64,000 nucleotides of DNA from Felis catus (GCF_018350175.1 NC_058373.1:114950001-115014000); one strand, 5' to 3'. Positions 37,125 to 51,018 are shown, numbered from the stretch's first letter. Notes: a model not told the origin generated them from the sequence alone. Translations and numbers: made by a program.

Positions 37125-37735
37125 TGGAATATTACTCAGCCATACAAAAGAATAAGATTTTGCCATTTACAACAATGTGGATGGATCTGGAGGGTATTCT
37201 ACTAAGTGAACTATATCAGACAGAAAGACAATACAATATGATTTCACTTATATGTAGAATCTAAAAAACAAACCAAAAAAAAAACTTCTTTTTTAGAGAG
37301 AGTGCAAGCAGAGAAGAGGGAAAGAGGGAGAGAATCTTAAGCACACTCCACAGCACAGAGCCTGATAGTGGGACTCAATCCCATGACCCTGGGATCGTGA
37401 CCTAAGCTGAACCTGAGTCAAATGCTCAACCAACTAAGCCACCCAGGTGCCGCCCCCACCCCCGCCCAACCCCCGAAAGAACCCAAACAGACTCTTAAAT
37501 GCAAAGAACAAACTAGTAGTTGCCAGCCGGAAAGTGACTGGGGTGATGGGTGAAATAGGTAAAGGGGATTTAGAGGTACAAGTTTCCAGTCATGAAATAA
37601 GTCACAGGGATGAAAAGTATGGCATAGGGAATTTAGTCAATAATATTGTAATAACATTGACAGATGGTAACTGTCTTACCATGGTGAGCACTAAGTTAAT
37701 ATAACATTGTATGTTAATTATATTTCATTTTTTTT
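36755..37735 (+). mobile_element. L1 3' end (sense) with (GT)n and an inserted antisense SINE (~37285-37450)
   Basis: VQPLWKTVWR..LKI and MEYYSAI.KN.ILPF L1 ORF2 C-terminal peptides. Confidence 0.85.
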
Positions 37736-38082
37736 AAAACATTGTTGGAATAAGATAATGAAGGGTCTTATACTCACCTAAGTTTTAAAATTCTGATATA
37801 GTTATACCTCATAAAATAAAATGATGTTGGCTATCCTTTGAACGTTGTAATTAGGCTTGACGTTTCAGGGCTATGGACACCCCAGAAGTAATTGCCTTTA
37901 AAAATTATTATGCAACTGTTCACAAATAATATTATGACTATACCCAAACTCTTGGCATAACCTGTAACCTAATTTAGCGTGTTTATCTCTTACCTATTAC
38001 AGTTGAATTTACAAAGACACGTGCATAATTATCTTCAGACTAGAAGATTATATTTTATTTCCATTAAAAAATATTTTTATCT

Positions 38083-38592
38083 AGGAGCGCCTGGGCGGTT
38101 TAGTCGGTTAAGTGGCTGACTTTGGCTCAGGTCATGATCTTGTGGTCCATGAATTCGAACCCTGGGTCGGGCTCTATGTTGACAGCTCAGAACCTGGAGC
38201 CTGCTTCGGATTCTGTGTTTCCCTCTCTGCCCCTCCCCTGCTTGTGCTCCTTCTTTGTCTCTCAAAAAAAAAGAATAAATCTTAAAAAAATTTTTTCAGT
38301 CTTTTTATCTAAGAAGTTATTAATTGCCATAACTTTTGGGTTTTTTTTAATTTTTTTTTAATGTTTATTTATTTCTGAGACAGAGAGAGACAGAGCATGA
38401 GTGGGGGAGGGTCAGCGAGAGGGAGACACAGAATCCGAAGCAGGCTCCCGGCTCTGTGCTCACAGCTCAGAGCACAGCTGTGACAGCACAGCTGTGTGTT
38501 CGAGCTCTGACGCGGGGCTCGAACTCACAGACTGTGAGATCATGACCTGAGCTGAAGCCGGGTGCTCAACCGACTGAGCCACCCAGGCTCCC
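38083..38592. mobile_element. Tail-to-tail inverted CAN SINE pair (38083-~38297 +, ~38341-38592 -)
   Basis: Two SINE bodies in opposite orientation about 45 nt apart. Confidence 0.88.
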
Positions 38593-38794
38593 CTAATTGC
38601 CATAACTTTTGAAATGAAATGCCACATTAAAAAAATATAGAATTGAAAGCCATTTTTTGCCTTCAGCACTTGTTTGTTGAGTATTTGCTAGATTTTTGGC
38701 CTTCTATTGATTTTTAGCAGTTCAGAGATCTAAGATCTAGCCCCAGCCTTCAAGAATTCACAGCCAATAGAAAATGAATAACAATCAATGACAG

Positions 38795-39008
38795 CAAGGG
38801 TTAGCTTACTTTTTCTGTAAAGGGCCAACTAATAAATATTTCAAGCTTTGTGGGCCACATGATTTCTGTTGCAGTTACTTAACCCTGGTGTCATAGCATG
38901 AAAGCAGCCATAGATAATCTGTGAACAGATGAGCCTGGCTATGTTCCAATGCGATTTGTATTTACAAAAATAAGCACTAGCCCTGTACTATAGTTTGCTG
39001 GTGTCTGA
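38795..39008. mobile_element. MER58A-like hAT MITE
   Basis: ttttctgtaaagggccaactaataaatattt...gcagccatagataat...tagtttgctg. Confidence 0.7.
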
Positions 39009-39941
39009 ATTCTGGTATAGTGAGGTAGGACCTGTGGTAGAGAGATGCCTAGTGTGCTATGTATGAATGAAGAGAAGAGGACATAAAATCTCAAGGAGGA
39101 GGAGATGATGAGCTGAGTCTCCAAAGACAAGGGATTATCCAAGAGAGGCAGAATGGAGAGCCCCTGGATTCACTAATGTGTGCAGAGTACAGGCAGAGGC
39201 AGAGAGGAGAGCCCAGTTAGGTGTTAAGTGGGCACCTTATGAAAGTGTAATCATTTAGATCCTCACCAATAGCATCTTTCTAAATAGTATTGTAAATTGT
39301 CACTACGTAGCTTTTCTTTTTTTAAGATGATTTAGTTCATATTCTCGAGGCCATGCAAAACTAGTCTCTCAGCTTGCAAAGAAGACCTACTTGAAAAATG
39401 ATGAGGGCAACCATCTCAGTATTGGCCTCAGAGTACTGCATTTTGAATTTTTTCGTTTTTATTGAAATATCGCTTACAAAAAAGTATGTTATACACATAT
39501 GGGCAGTGTATGGCTCAGTGATTTTCACAAACTTAGTACAGTCATGGTACCATGAGGCTACATTTTAATTGTCCACCATTACTAATTCAAGAGTCTTAGC
39601 CTGCTTCTCAAACTTAATTATTTTTCCTCTCTGAATTTTCAGTCACTTCTTTGGCTTAAAACCCTTACTGCTAACAAGTTTGTTTGTGTAAGGAACTGAG
39701 TCGTTCTTACACAGCCTGCCCACCTTTTTCTCCTAGGCCTGTTTGACGTTCAGCTCTCTTTAGTTGACCACTGCAGGCCCAGGCTTCTGATTTCTAGAAA
39801 ATGCTCCTTATTCCAAAATCATCCATTTCTCCCCTGAGTCTCTCCACCTCCAGTAGTGCTTTCAAACTAAAAGTAGCAACTAAGTGAGTCTTCAAATACA
39901 TTCAGCGAGTTGGACTTGTAACCAGGATTTAAAAAGAGCCT

Positions 39942-42900
39942 GGGGGCACCTGGGTAACTCAGTGGGTTAAACATCTGACTTCTGCTCGGGTCATGATCTC
40001 ATGGTTCGGTTCGTGAGTTTGAGACCCGCATCAGGCTCACTGCTGTCAGCACAGAGCCCACTTTGGATCCTCTGCCCACATCTCTTTCTGCCCCTCCCCT
40101 GCTCATTCTCTCTCTCTCAAAAGAAATAAATTTAAAAATAAAATAAAAACCTGGTGGAGGGACAAAGAAAGAGGGAAAAAGAAATGGAAGAGTGCGTTGT
40201 TAACCAGTTGAAGCTTCACTGTTTTGTGAAACTTTGTAGTTAGTTTTTCATATAAATAAAATTTATTTTTGGGGCACCTGGATGGCTCAGTCGGTTAAGC
40301 ATCCGACTTCGGCTCAGGTCACAATCTCGCGGTCCGCGAGTTCGAGCCCCGCATCGGGCTCTGGGCTGATGGCTCAGAGCCTGGAGCCTGCTTCCGATTC
40401 TGTGTCTCCCTCTCTTTCTGCCCCTCCCCCATTCATGCTGTGTCTCTCTCTGTCTCAAAAATAAATAAACGTTAAAAAAAATTTTTTTTTTAAATAAAAA
40501 GATTTATTTTTTACTATGGGTCATGGTCTTAAAAGTTTAAAAACCATCATAAACCTCAACTTAGTCATTTAAAAATACCACTTAACATTAACATCAGAAT
40601 AACAATTGATAGTCAAAGACCTTGTTTAAATCAATAAAATGGAAATGTATTGGCCAAAGTAGAACTTTTCCGTGTCCTGGAAGAACATTCCATCTCATTT
40701 TTGAAGATGACATGACCAGTGTGATTCAGAGATGTTACAGGATAACAATCACTCATGAATGTATCCCTCATGCATGTACACGCAATAGTCTTTTACCAAA
40801 TAGTAGTAAACTGAATCCAGCAATATAGAAAAAGGATAACACATCTTAACCAGGTGGAGTTTATCCCAAGAATGCAAAGCAGGGTTTAGAGTAATATCCA
40901 GAAACCAGTTTCAATTATTATATTAACAAAATAAAGTAGAAAAACCATTTGATCATCCTTAACAGGTACAGAAAAGCCTTTGACAAAATTAACGTTTATT
41001 TATTTTTGAGACAGAGAGAGACACAGCATGAATGGGGGAGGGTCAGAGAGAGAGGGAGACACAGAATCCAAAACAGGCTCCAGGCTCTGAGCGGTCAGCA
41101 CAGAGCCCGACGCGGGGCTCGAACTCACAGACCACGAGATCATGACCTGAGCTGAAGTCAGACGCCTAACCGACTGAGCCACCCAGGCGCCCCGTCAAAA
41201 TTAAACTCTCCTTCATGAAAAAAAAAAAATCACAGCAGACTAGGAAAGGATTTCCTTAGTGAGAAAGGGCTTATTTGAAAATCCTACGGCTAAGACACCT
41301 AAAGTTTAGAACAAAGCAAAGCTGTGTCCTCCCAGCCATTATTTAACATCGTATTTGGGGCTTCTAGCCAGATCCTAGCCCACAGTAAGGCCAGGGAAAG
41401 AAAGAAAAGGCATAAAGATTGGAAAGAAGCAAAACTTTGTGAAGATGACATGATCATGTACGTAAAAATGGTTGAAGTTTTAAAGCCTCACAATAGCAAA
41501 TGTTGACAGTGGCATAGAGCACCTAACACTCCTACACTGCTGTTGTGCATGGAAGATGGTACAGCCACTGGAAACTGGAAAACAGACAGTTTTTCATAGT
41601 TAAACCTACACACAACCCATCAATTCCAAGCCTATGTATGTACCCAAGGGAAAAGAAAACGTGTATCCACAGAAAGACTGGTACCTGAATGCTTATAGCA
41701 GCTTCATTTATAGTAGACCAAAATTGGAAATAACCCAAATGTCCGTCAATAGGTAAATGGGTAAACAAATCGCATGTGATACATGCAAAGCATAGATAAA
41801 TCTCAAAACATCATGCTAAGCAAAAGAATCCTTACCCAAAAGAGTACATCTTGTATGGTTGCATTTATACGAAATCCTAGAATAGGTGGGGAAAAAAAAC
41901 CCAAAAACCTCTGGGGACAAAACGCATATCAGTGCTTGCTTGGGACCAGGAGTGATATATTGACTTCAGAGTAGCATAAGAGAACTTTCCTGGGATTTTT
42001 AAATATTTGGTATCTTGTCCTGGTGGTAGTTACTAGAGTTTTTGCACTTGCAAAAACCCATGTGTCTTATTGTATGTAAATTATATCTCAGTAAAGTTGT
42101 TGTTGTTGCTTTTTAGAGAGTTATTTTTTTATTTTTTTTTTTTAGAGAGATTTAGACGTTTAATTTAAAACAAGTGGACAAAATCAGTGTTAGAAAAAAA
42201 TCTCCAGCTTAAAAAATTACCGTGGGATGATCAAAATTTCTGGAGATAGATGATCGGGATGGTTGCAGAGCAGTGTGAATGTACTTAATGCTGCAAATGG
42301 CTTAAAAATGGTTAAGGGGCTCCTGGGTGGCTCAAGTGGTTAAGTGTCCTACCCTGGATTTTGGCTCAAGTCATGATCTCACGGTTCATGGGGTCGAGCC
42401 CTGCCTTGGGCTCTGTGCAGACAGCAAGGAGCCTGCTTGAGATTCTCTCTCTCCCTCTGTGTCTCTCTGCCCCTCCCCCACACTCACGCTCTCTCAAAAT
42501 AAATAAACGTTAAAAAACGATTAAAATGGTAAGTAAATTTTACATTATGTATGTTTTATCACATTTTTTAAAAGGTTAAAAAAAGAAAACAGCTATGAAA
42601 ACCAAAAAAAAAAAAAAATCCTTCAGGAATTAGATGGATACATAGGTGGGTTTTTTTGTTTTTGTTTTTAATCTTAAGATAGCACGTGCTTTGTGCCCCT
42701 CAAAAATATCTTTTAAAGAATTAAGGCAGGGATATGCATGGGTGGCTCAGTCGGTTGGGCGTCCAACTTCAGCTCGGGTCGTGATCTCACAGTCTGTGAG
42801 TTCGAGCCCCGCGTCAGGCTCTGTGCTGACAGCTCAGAGCCTGGAGCCTGCTTCAGATTCTGTGTCTCCCTGTCTCTCTGCCCCTCCCGTGTTCATGTTG

Positions 42901-43180
42901 TGTCTCTCTCTGTCTCAAAAATAAATAAAAACATTAAAAAAAATTTTTTTTTTAAATAAAGAATTAAGGCAGGGACACAGGGGTGGCTTAGTCGGTTAAG
43001 CATCCAACTTTGACTCAAATCATGATCTCATGGTTTGTGAGTTCAAGCCCCACATCAGGCTCTGCATTTATAGTGCCGAGCCTGCTTGGGATTCTCTCTC
43101 TCTCCCTGTGTCTCTGCCCCTCCGCCACTCATGTGCGCACTCACGCACTCGCTGTCTTTCAAATAGATAAACTTTAAAAA
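39942..43180. mobile_element. SINE/L1 cluster: SINEs ~39942 +, ~40270 +, ~40990 -, ~42316 +, ~42729 +, ~42970 +; sense L1 fragments ~40790-42570
   Basis: SINE heads and tails plus L1 motifs (agaaaagcctttgacaaaatt; aaattggaaataacccaaatgtcc). Confidence 0.8.
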
Positions 43181-44017
43181 CAAAAGGCAGAATCTAAAAT
43201 ATTACAAGGATCTAAAAATTACAACAAGTAATTTCTTTGATCAAAGGTAAAAATGCTTAATCCAAGTATGAATGAAGAATGTCTAATGTGTTAACATGAA
43301 ACACAGCAAAGATCAGGATTCTGGCCTTGAAGCATTTATGCTTTGAGTGTCATATGTGAATATAAACTAGGAAGTATTACCTGTCCAAGTGCCACTTCCT
43401 GTAATATGGAGTATCTCAGCAGTTGTATTTCTAGAACTGAATTTAGACTGAAGGATGTGCCTCGTAAACTGCTCTGCCCTTTTGGTTTCTAGTTAGTGAT
43501 TGCCTCGTGATATTTTTTTATGAATATATTTTATATTTTATAAAATATATTTATATCTTATAAATATATTTTCATAAAACTTACACAATTTTTATACTCA
43601 GTTTACTCTTCATTTGCAATTTCTAGATCAACCTAGGTGTGAAACCAGATCCACTTGGTTAAAATTATTTTCGTTATTAACTGCTCTTCATTCACCTGTT
43701 TTCATCAGAGTAAAACTCACTGTAGTTTCTGATGATATTGGCAGGAATTTCTCAGCCAGGAAAGAGGACGATATCACTTGGGAATATGACTGCTTTCTTG
43801 CTTGGTGATTTGCTTCCACTTCCTAGGTTTTGAGAATAATGGGCAGTTAAAAGGTCTACATGCCAAAAGGAGTTTATGATTGGCTGGATTACGATACAGG
43901 AAGTAGATGTCTTTGCAGTAAAGTAAGTAGGGCTTGAAATGCAGAGGAATGGAAGCTTCTATGTGAAAATGTTTCAAGGGGGACAACCTTTTCTCTTTAT
44001 GGTTCATTCTACTCTAG

Positions 44018-44212
44018 GTAAGCACCACCAAGCGAGTGAGACACAGAATGTTATTGCATCAGACAAAGCAGAAATACCAGTTGTCCATGAACATGAGCAC
44101 AGCCATGACCATACACAGCTGCATGCCTACATTGGCGTTTCCCTCGTTCTGGGCTTCGTTTTCATGTTGCTCGTAGACCAGATTGGCAGCTCCCATGTGC
44201 ATTCTACTGATG
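44018..44212 (+). CDS. SLC39A9: SLC39A9 exon 3 (195 nt; His-rich loop plus a hydrophobic segment)
   Basis: ctactctag|GTAAGCAC...GATG|gtaagt; (G)[64 protein letters not shown]. Confidence 0.96.
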
Positions 44213-44445
44213 GTAAGTGGCCCCAACGCTTTATGGGCAGTGCAATAAATTTGCAGTTTAGAAAGTCACAGATGATTAAACAATTCAGTATGTATCAATG
44301 GGCTTATTTAGTGCTGAAAACTCTTGTCTTTCTTGGGTTCTGGTGAGCATTTTATTCAGTTGGGGGAGCTAGTGAGTTGTGACATGGCACAAGGGAGTGC
44401 TCAGTGGGTTATTAATCTTAAAACTGTCTCATTGAGAGTCTAGCA

Positions 44446-45739
44446 CAGAAATTCTTAACTTTTTTTGTGCTGTGGAGCCCTTAGGCATTCTGAAGCCTGT
44501 GGACTTTTTAAATGTGTTTAAATGGGTAAAGCATAATGCATAGAATTGCAGAGAAATCCCAGTTATATTGAAATATAGTTCTAAAACGTTAAAAACAAAT
44601 GTATGATACAGTAATGTGTATCTTCTTTATTGATGCATTAATTAAGATATAATATATTTAAATCATATGCAAGGTGGAGTTAAATTTTATTTTTTAGGAC
44701 ATCAGCATGACAGCTTTTGTTGCTTAGCTCGCTAAAAATCTTAAGTTGTGAGATGGGCTTTAACAAGGCAACAGAGTGTCATGTTGAACATTCAGTTGAT
44801 TTGGTTTTCTGTTTTAATGGTTGCTAGTATAGAGAACCCTGATTCACAAAGATATTTTCTTACAGATATACTTAAACACATTCATAGCTTGCTTTCCAAA
44901 GAAAGCTAAACTTCTCTCAACTACAGTTCTCTAAAACTTTAAATTTAACTCCAGATACAGTAACTTTTTAAAGAAATTTTTAAAATAATTTTTTAATTTA
45001 TTTTTTAAAGTAAACTCTACCCCCAGCATGGAGCTCGAACTCACGTCCCCAAGATCAAGAATCACATGCTCCACCAACAAGCCAGCCAAGTAACTTTTTT
45101 GTCTTAGGATCAATGAATTCATCTTTGGCTAGGTCAGCATCTTTGATATGGTTTGTATTAAATAAAAAAAAATTCTGATCCATGACAAAAATAAATTTGG
45201 AAGAGTTGCATCAAACTCTTGGGGTTTGGTGATATAGGGATTTATAAATATCTCTTTTCAAATACACTGACAGAGAACTTTGCAGATAGGAACTGTTGGA
45301 GAGCAGTATAGATATCTTGGTCCCCAGTGAGAGATCCCATGGCTTTTGCTGTTTAGTTGCCTGAATGACTGTAGGTGAAGAGTTACCGGAGAGTGGCCCA
45401 GCTTTGCCACATGAGCATCTACAGACAAGAAGACTGTAATCATGCAATGTGGAGGCATTATAAGCCCTTAAATTTAAAATAGTGATGAGTGAAAGCAAGA
45501 ATATGAAGATATTTACAACTGTAAAATAATATGAAATTATCTGATTACTATTGGCAATAGAGTATAGGTAGTGCTGATCTTGTAGCATATTGTCTATGTT
45601 CACAATTAAAGGAAATAATAGATTTCAGTTAGAGGTTAGTAAAAATTAAAATGCGGGGTTTTTTTCTACGTTAAGGTCACAGGCATCCCCTACATTCTAC
45701 CTGTGTTCTTCGATGTGGGCCCCAGGTTAAGAATCCTTG
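44446..45739. mobile_element. hAT-Charlie-type DNA transposon relic with terminal inverted repeats
   Basis: cagaaattcttaac at 44446 versus gttaagaatccttg ending at 45739; degenerate 8-bp flanks gtctagca / gcctacaa. Confidence 0.5.
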
Positions 45740-45749
45740 GCCTACAAAA

Positions 45750-48656
45750 AAAATCAGTGGAAAAGCAAGCAAAAGACATGAACAGATAGTTCATAAAAAG
45801 TTATTAAAATGGTCCTTAAACATATGAAAAGATGTTCAATTTCACTTAAGAATGCAAATCAAAACTCTGCCGAGATGTCATTTCTTACCTGTCAGGCAAA
45901 ACTTCAACAGCTTGACGATACACTCTGTTATCAGAGCTCCGGTGAAACACACACTCATCTATTGCTGTGGGAATGCAAAATTGTACAGCCCCTGCAGAGG
46001 AGAGCTTGGCAATATGTAACAAAACTGCACTTGTATTTACCCTTCAACCCCAAAGTCCTATTTGTAGGAATTGCTCCTGATAATATAGCTCCACTATGAA
46101 AATACACATGCACAAGATTATTTAGTACAACATTATTTACCACTGTAATACCACTTAAATGTCCAGTCATGGAAATTGGTTGAATGAAGTGTGATGTGTG
46201 CATATAATGGAGTTCTAGGTAACTGTGAAAGAGAGTGAGGAATCAGATCTCTGTGAATTGGTAGGGAGAGATTTCTAGGAGATATTGTTAAGTGGGGGGA
46301 AAAAGCTGAAATGTAAATTAGTTTCCATCATATACTACATTTTGTGTAAGAAAGAAGGGGGAATAAAACAAGACCAGTTAGACAACGGTTAGTTACGTGT
46401 AAGAAGTGGGTGCAGGGTAGGATAGGGTAGCAGAGTTTCAGGAGGGCATGACACTTCCCTGGGCAGGCCTGTTTAATATAGCTTTGACTTTTGGAAACAT
46501 GTTGATATTTCCTATATTCAAAAAATAAAATGAAATCAACAAGGATAGGGGAAGCTAACTGAAGCAGATGAACTGTAATTCGGATGAATAACAATCACAC
46601 TGAAGGGGTTTAAAAAAAAACGAATTTAAGTGACTTATGAATGTAATGTTTGACTATATATTTTTAGTTTTGGATGGAGTTGGGGGAAGAAGCATTAAAC
46701 AATTACTGAACTCTTTATTAGGCTTTGCTTTTTGTAATGGCATAGGTGAAAACAATTCTGAAACTATTTTAGGTGTATTATAGGATTGAGCAAATGAGTA
46801 AGTGTGTTGATGTTGGTGGAACCAGAGTTCTCACTGTGGAAGAGGGGACATACAAATCTGAAATGGGGGAAGGCCAGAAAGAACCTCTGTAGGGATGGAC
46901 TGGAATTGGAGCTATTGGACTCATGATTTCTAAAATGTATATGTGTATATGTGTGTATATGTGTACATATATACGTGTGTGTTTATGTATACATGTATGT
47001 ATGTCTTAGCTCTGTCTGCAGAGAGGGCCTAGAAGTAAAGACACCTCACTAGCAATGAGCATACCAGGGCTCTTCAGAGAAATGGCTGATTCCAGGACAG
47101 GGGCAGGGTAAGTACAAAATGAGCTTGGAACATCTAGTGCTCATAAAAAAATAAAAATAAAAATAAAAAAAATAGGAAGGAAGAAAATGGAAATTTGTCA
47201 CGGAATATAGAGCCAGCTTGAAGGGGCTCCCACTGGCCAGATATAGGACAATTTGAGCTCCAATATAATTAAGAATAGTAACGAAGTATAAACCATTGAA
47301 AAAATGAGGATCAGTGAGCACATCCACATGAGAGAGAGAGAAGGAGAAGGGAAGATGCTTGTTTACAGTAGGTTGCTAAAGGCCAACTTGTAAATGTGGA
47401 AAGGGTGCTGGCATTAGAAAATCATTTTTGCAATCCTCATAGTAAAAACTGGCTCAGGCCAGAATCACCAATGAATATTGCATCTAGGAGATGAATTTTG
47501 ATTTGCTTATTAGTTGCAAAGGAAAAAGAAGTAACTAAACGAAGAAATCCAATAATACCTTGACCAGATGATTAAAACTAATGTCACTGGCATCTGTTTT
47601 CAATGTGGGCACATAAGTTCCCATCAGACCAGCCTCCTTACAGATAATTATAAACTCTGGGCATATATTTTTTAAAAATACCTAAAGTCACTGGAGACTG
47701 ACCCAAAGCAGGAAAATTCTGGAGGGGCGTCAACCCGTGGAACAGGGTGAGTTCCTATTTGTACTGCTTTTAAGCAGTCCGTGCCCAGTGAGGTAGCTAA
47801 AACTGATAGAAAACTCAGTCTCTCAGGCCTAAGGAACCAGAGGACAGAGTTCAGGGTAACTACAGCCACTGGAAGGTACAACCCCACATTTTATGTATAA
47901 ATTCTACCCAAGTCTGGCAAGGCCCTGAACCATTCTTTTGTGGGCAGACTCAGCTAAAGATGAGAGTACTAAACCAGGATTTGAGCAGCTGCCCAGAAGA
48001 CAGACTTTGCAGTTTGAGCTAAACCAAGTTACTTAAAGCATAACACAAAAGCAACGCTCTTTGGAGGAATATAATAGAATTCAGAGTGTCCACAAGATAA
48101 CGTTCACAGTGTCCAGGATATAATCCAAAATTCACTCCACTAGTAAGCAGCAGATGTACATTCTGTGCGTCTAGATGTGACATCCTGAGAGGCAGCATCT
48201 GTAGAGTATTCAGCGTGCATATTCAGCCTGTATTCAGAATGCATAATCTAAGGACACATCAGACAATCCCAAAAAGGAAGGATCAGTCTGTTAAAAAACA
48301 AGAAAGGCTGAGGGAAGGGACGTGTATTCTTCAAAAATACCAATGTCGCAAAAGTCAAAGGCAGAGAAAATGGTTCAGATTAAAGGGAACTACAGAGAAA
48401 CAAGTAAGTGCATATATGATCCCAGACTGGATCCTTCCTGGGAGGGAAAAATGCTCTGAAAGACCTTCCTGGACAGTTAACAAATTAGAATATGCAAGAG
48501 AGATTAGAAAAAAGTATCAATATTAGATTTACTGAAGTTGATAACTGTGCTGTGATTATATGAGAAGATGTCCTTCCTCTTAAGGAAATATACTTTGAAA
48601 TATCTAGGGATAAAGAGTTATGATGTATGCAACTTACTTTGAAATGGTACAGAAAA

Positions 48657-48699
<43 letters not shown>

Positions 48700-48860
48700 T
48701 ATGGATAGAAAAAGAACATGAACACAAATAATGAAGCAGATGGGGCAAAGTGTTAGACAGTAGGTCGTTCTGAGAAAGGAGTGTGTGAGTGGTTTTTTTT
48801 TTTAACATTGTCAGAACTTTCTGAAGATTTGAAATTATTTCCAAATAAAAGGGTTTTTTT
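45750..48860 (+). mobile_element. Old sense L1M fragments with (GT)n at ~48660-48697
   Basis: aaacatatgaaaagatgttcaatttcact; tgggaatgcaaaattgtacagcc; ends tttgaaattatttccaaataaaa. Confidence 0.7.
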
Positions 48861-50949
48861 TCAAAATTCATGGAATTAAATTTAGCCTTTTTAGTCCAAG
48901 GCTATTTTTTGTTTCATTTGTTAATCTTGCATTTACTGTTTCTTTTCAGTATTTTTCCATGCACGTTTTTTTTAATGGTCTTACATGTATTGGGAAGCTG
49001 ATTTAGAAGTAAATGCTTTTATTTGTGTGCTTTTTTACCAAATAGCAAATGAGAAACACCCTCTGGTTAGATGGAATCTGATTCTATCTATGTTACATAG
49101 TTGCCCACAGTGGCCTCGATGACATTTTTGCAATTCTTGTCAGTTTCGATTTTAAATGCACTTAAAGGCCCACTAGTGCCCTATGATACTATACAAAGAA
49201 TTAAAAATAGCATGTGTTCCTTTATTCTTCTTCCTGTTTTATCTTTGAAGTCACTGTTTTTGCTGGCTTTCATGTATCTAGTAATCTGGTTTTACCAGTT
49301 ATCTGCAGGGTTTTATCTATTGTTAAATCTCAGTAAAAATTCATTTATTAAATTTATGCTAAAGAAGTCTTTTCCTATAGATTTATAAAAACTGCGTTTT
49401 AATTGTAAAGCCTCTAATTTTTATTTAAGATGCTATTTATAACTAGAAAAGTCAAAGCAAACTTGTCACACAGTATAATATGATATTCTTCACATTTTGG
49501 GGCGATACTGAAATATTTGTTGTCTCAGACCAACTGGGGCTTTAGCTTCCCTTCCTTGTAGTATTTTAATTAGAAGATAATTTTATTTTTAGTAAAAAGA
49601 TAACATGTTACTTTACTTGTATGTGTTTTTTCCCACTGTAAACCATTCTTCCTATGTGCTGGGTTCCCCCAGAAGATTAAATCCCTTGGAATTTATTTGA
49701 CCAGTGTCCATCTGTCATTTCATCTGGCATTTTGATGTCCTCATCTTTAACTTTACATTGTTTGGACATTATTGACTTGCTGGTATATTTCCTATTATAG
49801 CAGTAACATTCATACAGAGAAATGTTTTTCTCCCCTCTCTAATAAGGATTTGTTAAGCAGCTATTGGGTTTCCATTGCTGTGCGACATTCTGTAAGACAT
49901 GTGAAAAGGGAATGGAGAGAAGTGGCAAATTCACTTCTGTGCAGTTTACAGTCAGTCTGGGGACATCAGACCTATCTGAGTGAAAACAGTTTTACGTATC
50001 TCAGGTGGTGATACAGAAGAAACTGAAGTAGTATGTGCACTTAGAGCTCTTGGTTTCTAGGCAAGGGGAGCCTTTTGAGCTGGAATTGATCTTTAATTCT
50101 TTCTTAAGGGAAGTAGTCCTAGAATTGACTTTGAACAATGGCTATGTTTTGGACTGAGGCGCTGAGAAGTTATGCACATGCCAAGAATTAAAGACAGAGA
50201 TTTGAGGGAGAATGAGAATGTTTTGTTAGAAGGTGTTAAAGAAGCTGGTTTAACTGGACTGAGTAGTGAGAAATAAGATGACACCAGTTGATAAAGAGCT
50301 TAAGAACCTATGAATGGAGCAGTTTGGACTGAGTTTGATTAGCAGCAGATTCTTAGCTAGTTAACTGGCACGTCAGAAGGGTGGTGATTCAGAGATGAGC
50401 ATTCCGCCAAGGATGTGTAAGATGAATCAGATGAGGGAGAAATGAGAGCTAGGGGAGACCAGCTGGGAGCCTGTTGCTAAGTCAGGTTCAAGTTGATGAA
50501 AGTTTAGGTTAGGATGATGGCGATTAAGAGGAGAAGGGCAAGCATGATAGACATTTTGGTCTTGGAATAAAGCTAAAGTTTCAGGAGGCCGGGGAGAGGG
50601 GCAGGTAGGCAGTGACAATTCAGTTGGTCTGGAGAGAAGTGAGGAGAGACCACAGAGCACTTTCCAGGGAGAGCCAGAGCGCTCAAGGGTGCAAGGCAGC
50701 TGAGGCAGTTGGGGCTTACGTATTGCCTGTTCAGGGAAGGCTGGGGCAGATGAAGGGTTCCCTCCTGCCCACTTCTCTCAGGACAGGAGAAACTTCTAAG
50801 TGTTTGAAGCCAGTCGTGAGGAAAGACAGTCAGGAGGAAAACAGACTCTACTTTCAGAGCTTTGAAAGAATTCTTCCACCTCCAGGACAGTGTTCTAACA
50901 GTTTCTGTTTCACGTTGCTTAATGACTGACTCGCTTATTTTTACTTCAG

Positions 50950-51018
50950 ATCCAGAAACAGCAAGGCCCAGCAATTCCAAAATCACCACCACGCTGGGTC
51001 TGGTCGTCCATGCTGCAG
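50950..51018 (+). CDS. SLC39A9: SLC39A9 exon 4 (69 nt)
   Basis: tttttacttcag|ATCCAG...GCAG|gtaggg; (D)PETARPSNSKITTTLGLVVHAA. Confidence 0.95.

Noticed and set aside
43510..43580. AT-rich imperfect palindrome
   Set aside because: Low-complexity AT sequence is self-complementary by chance.
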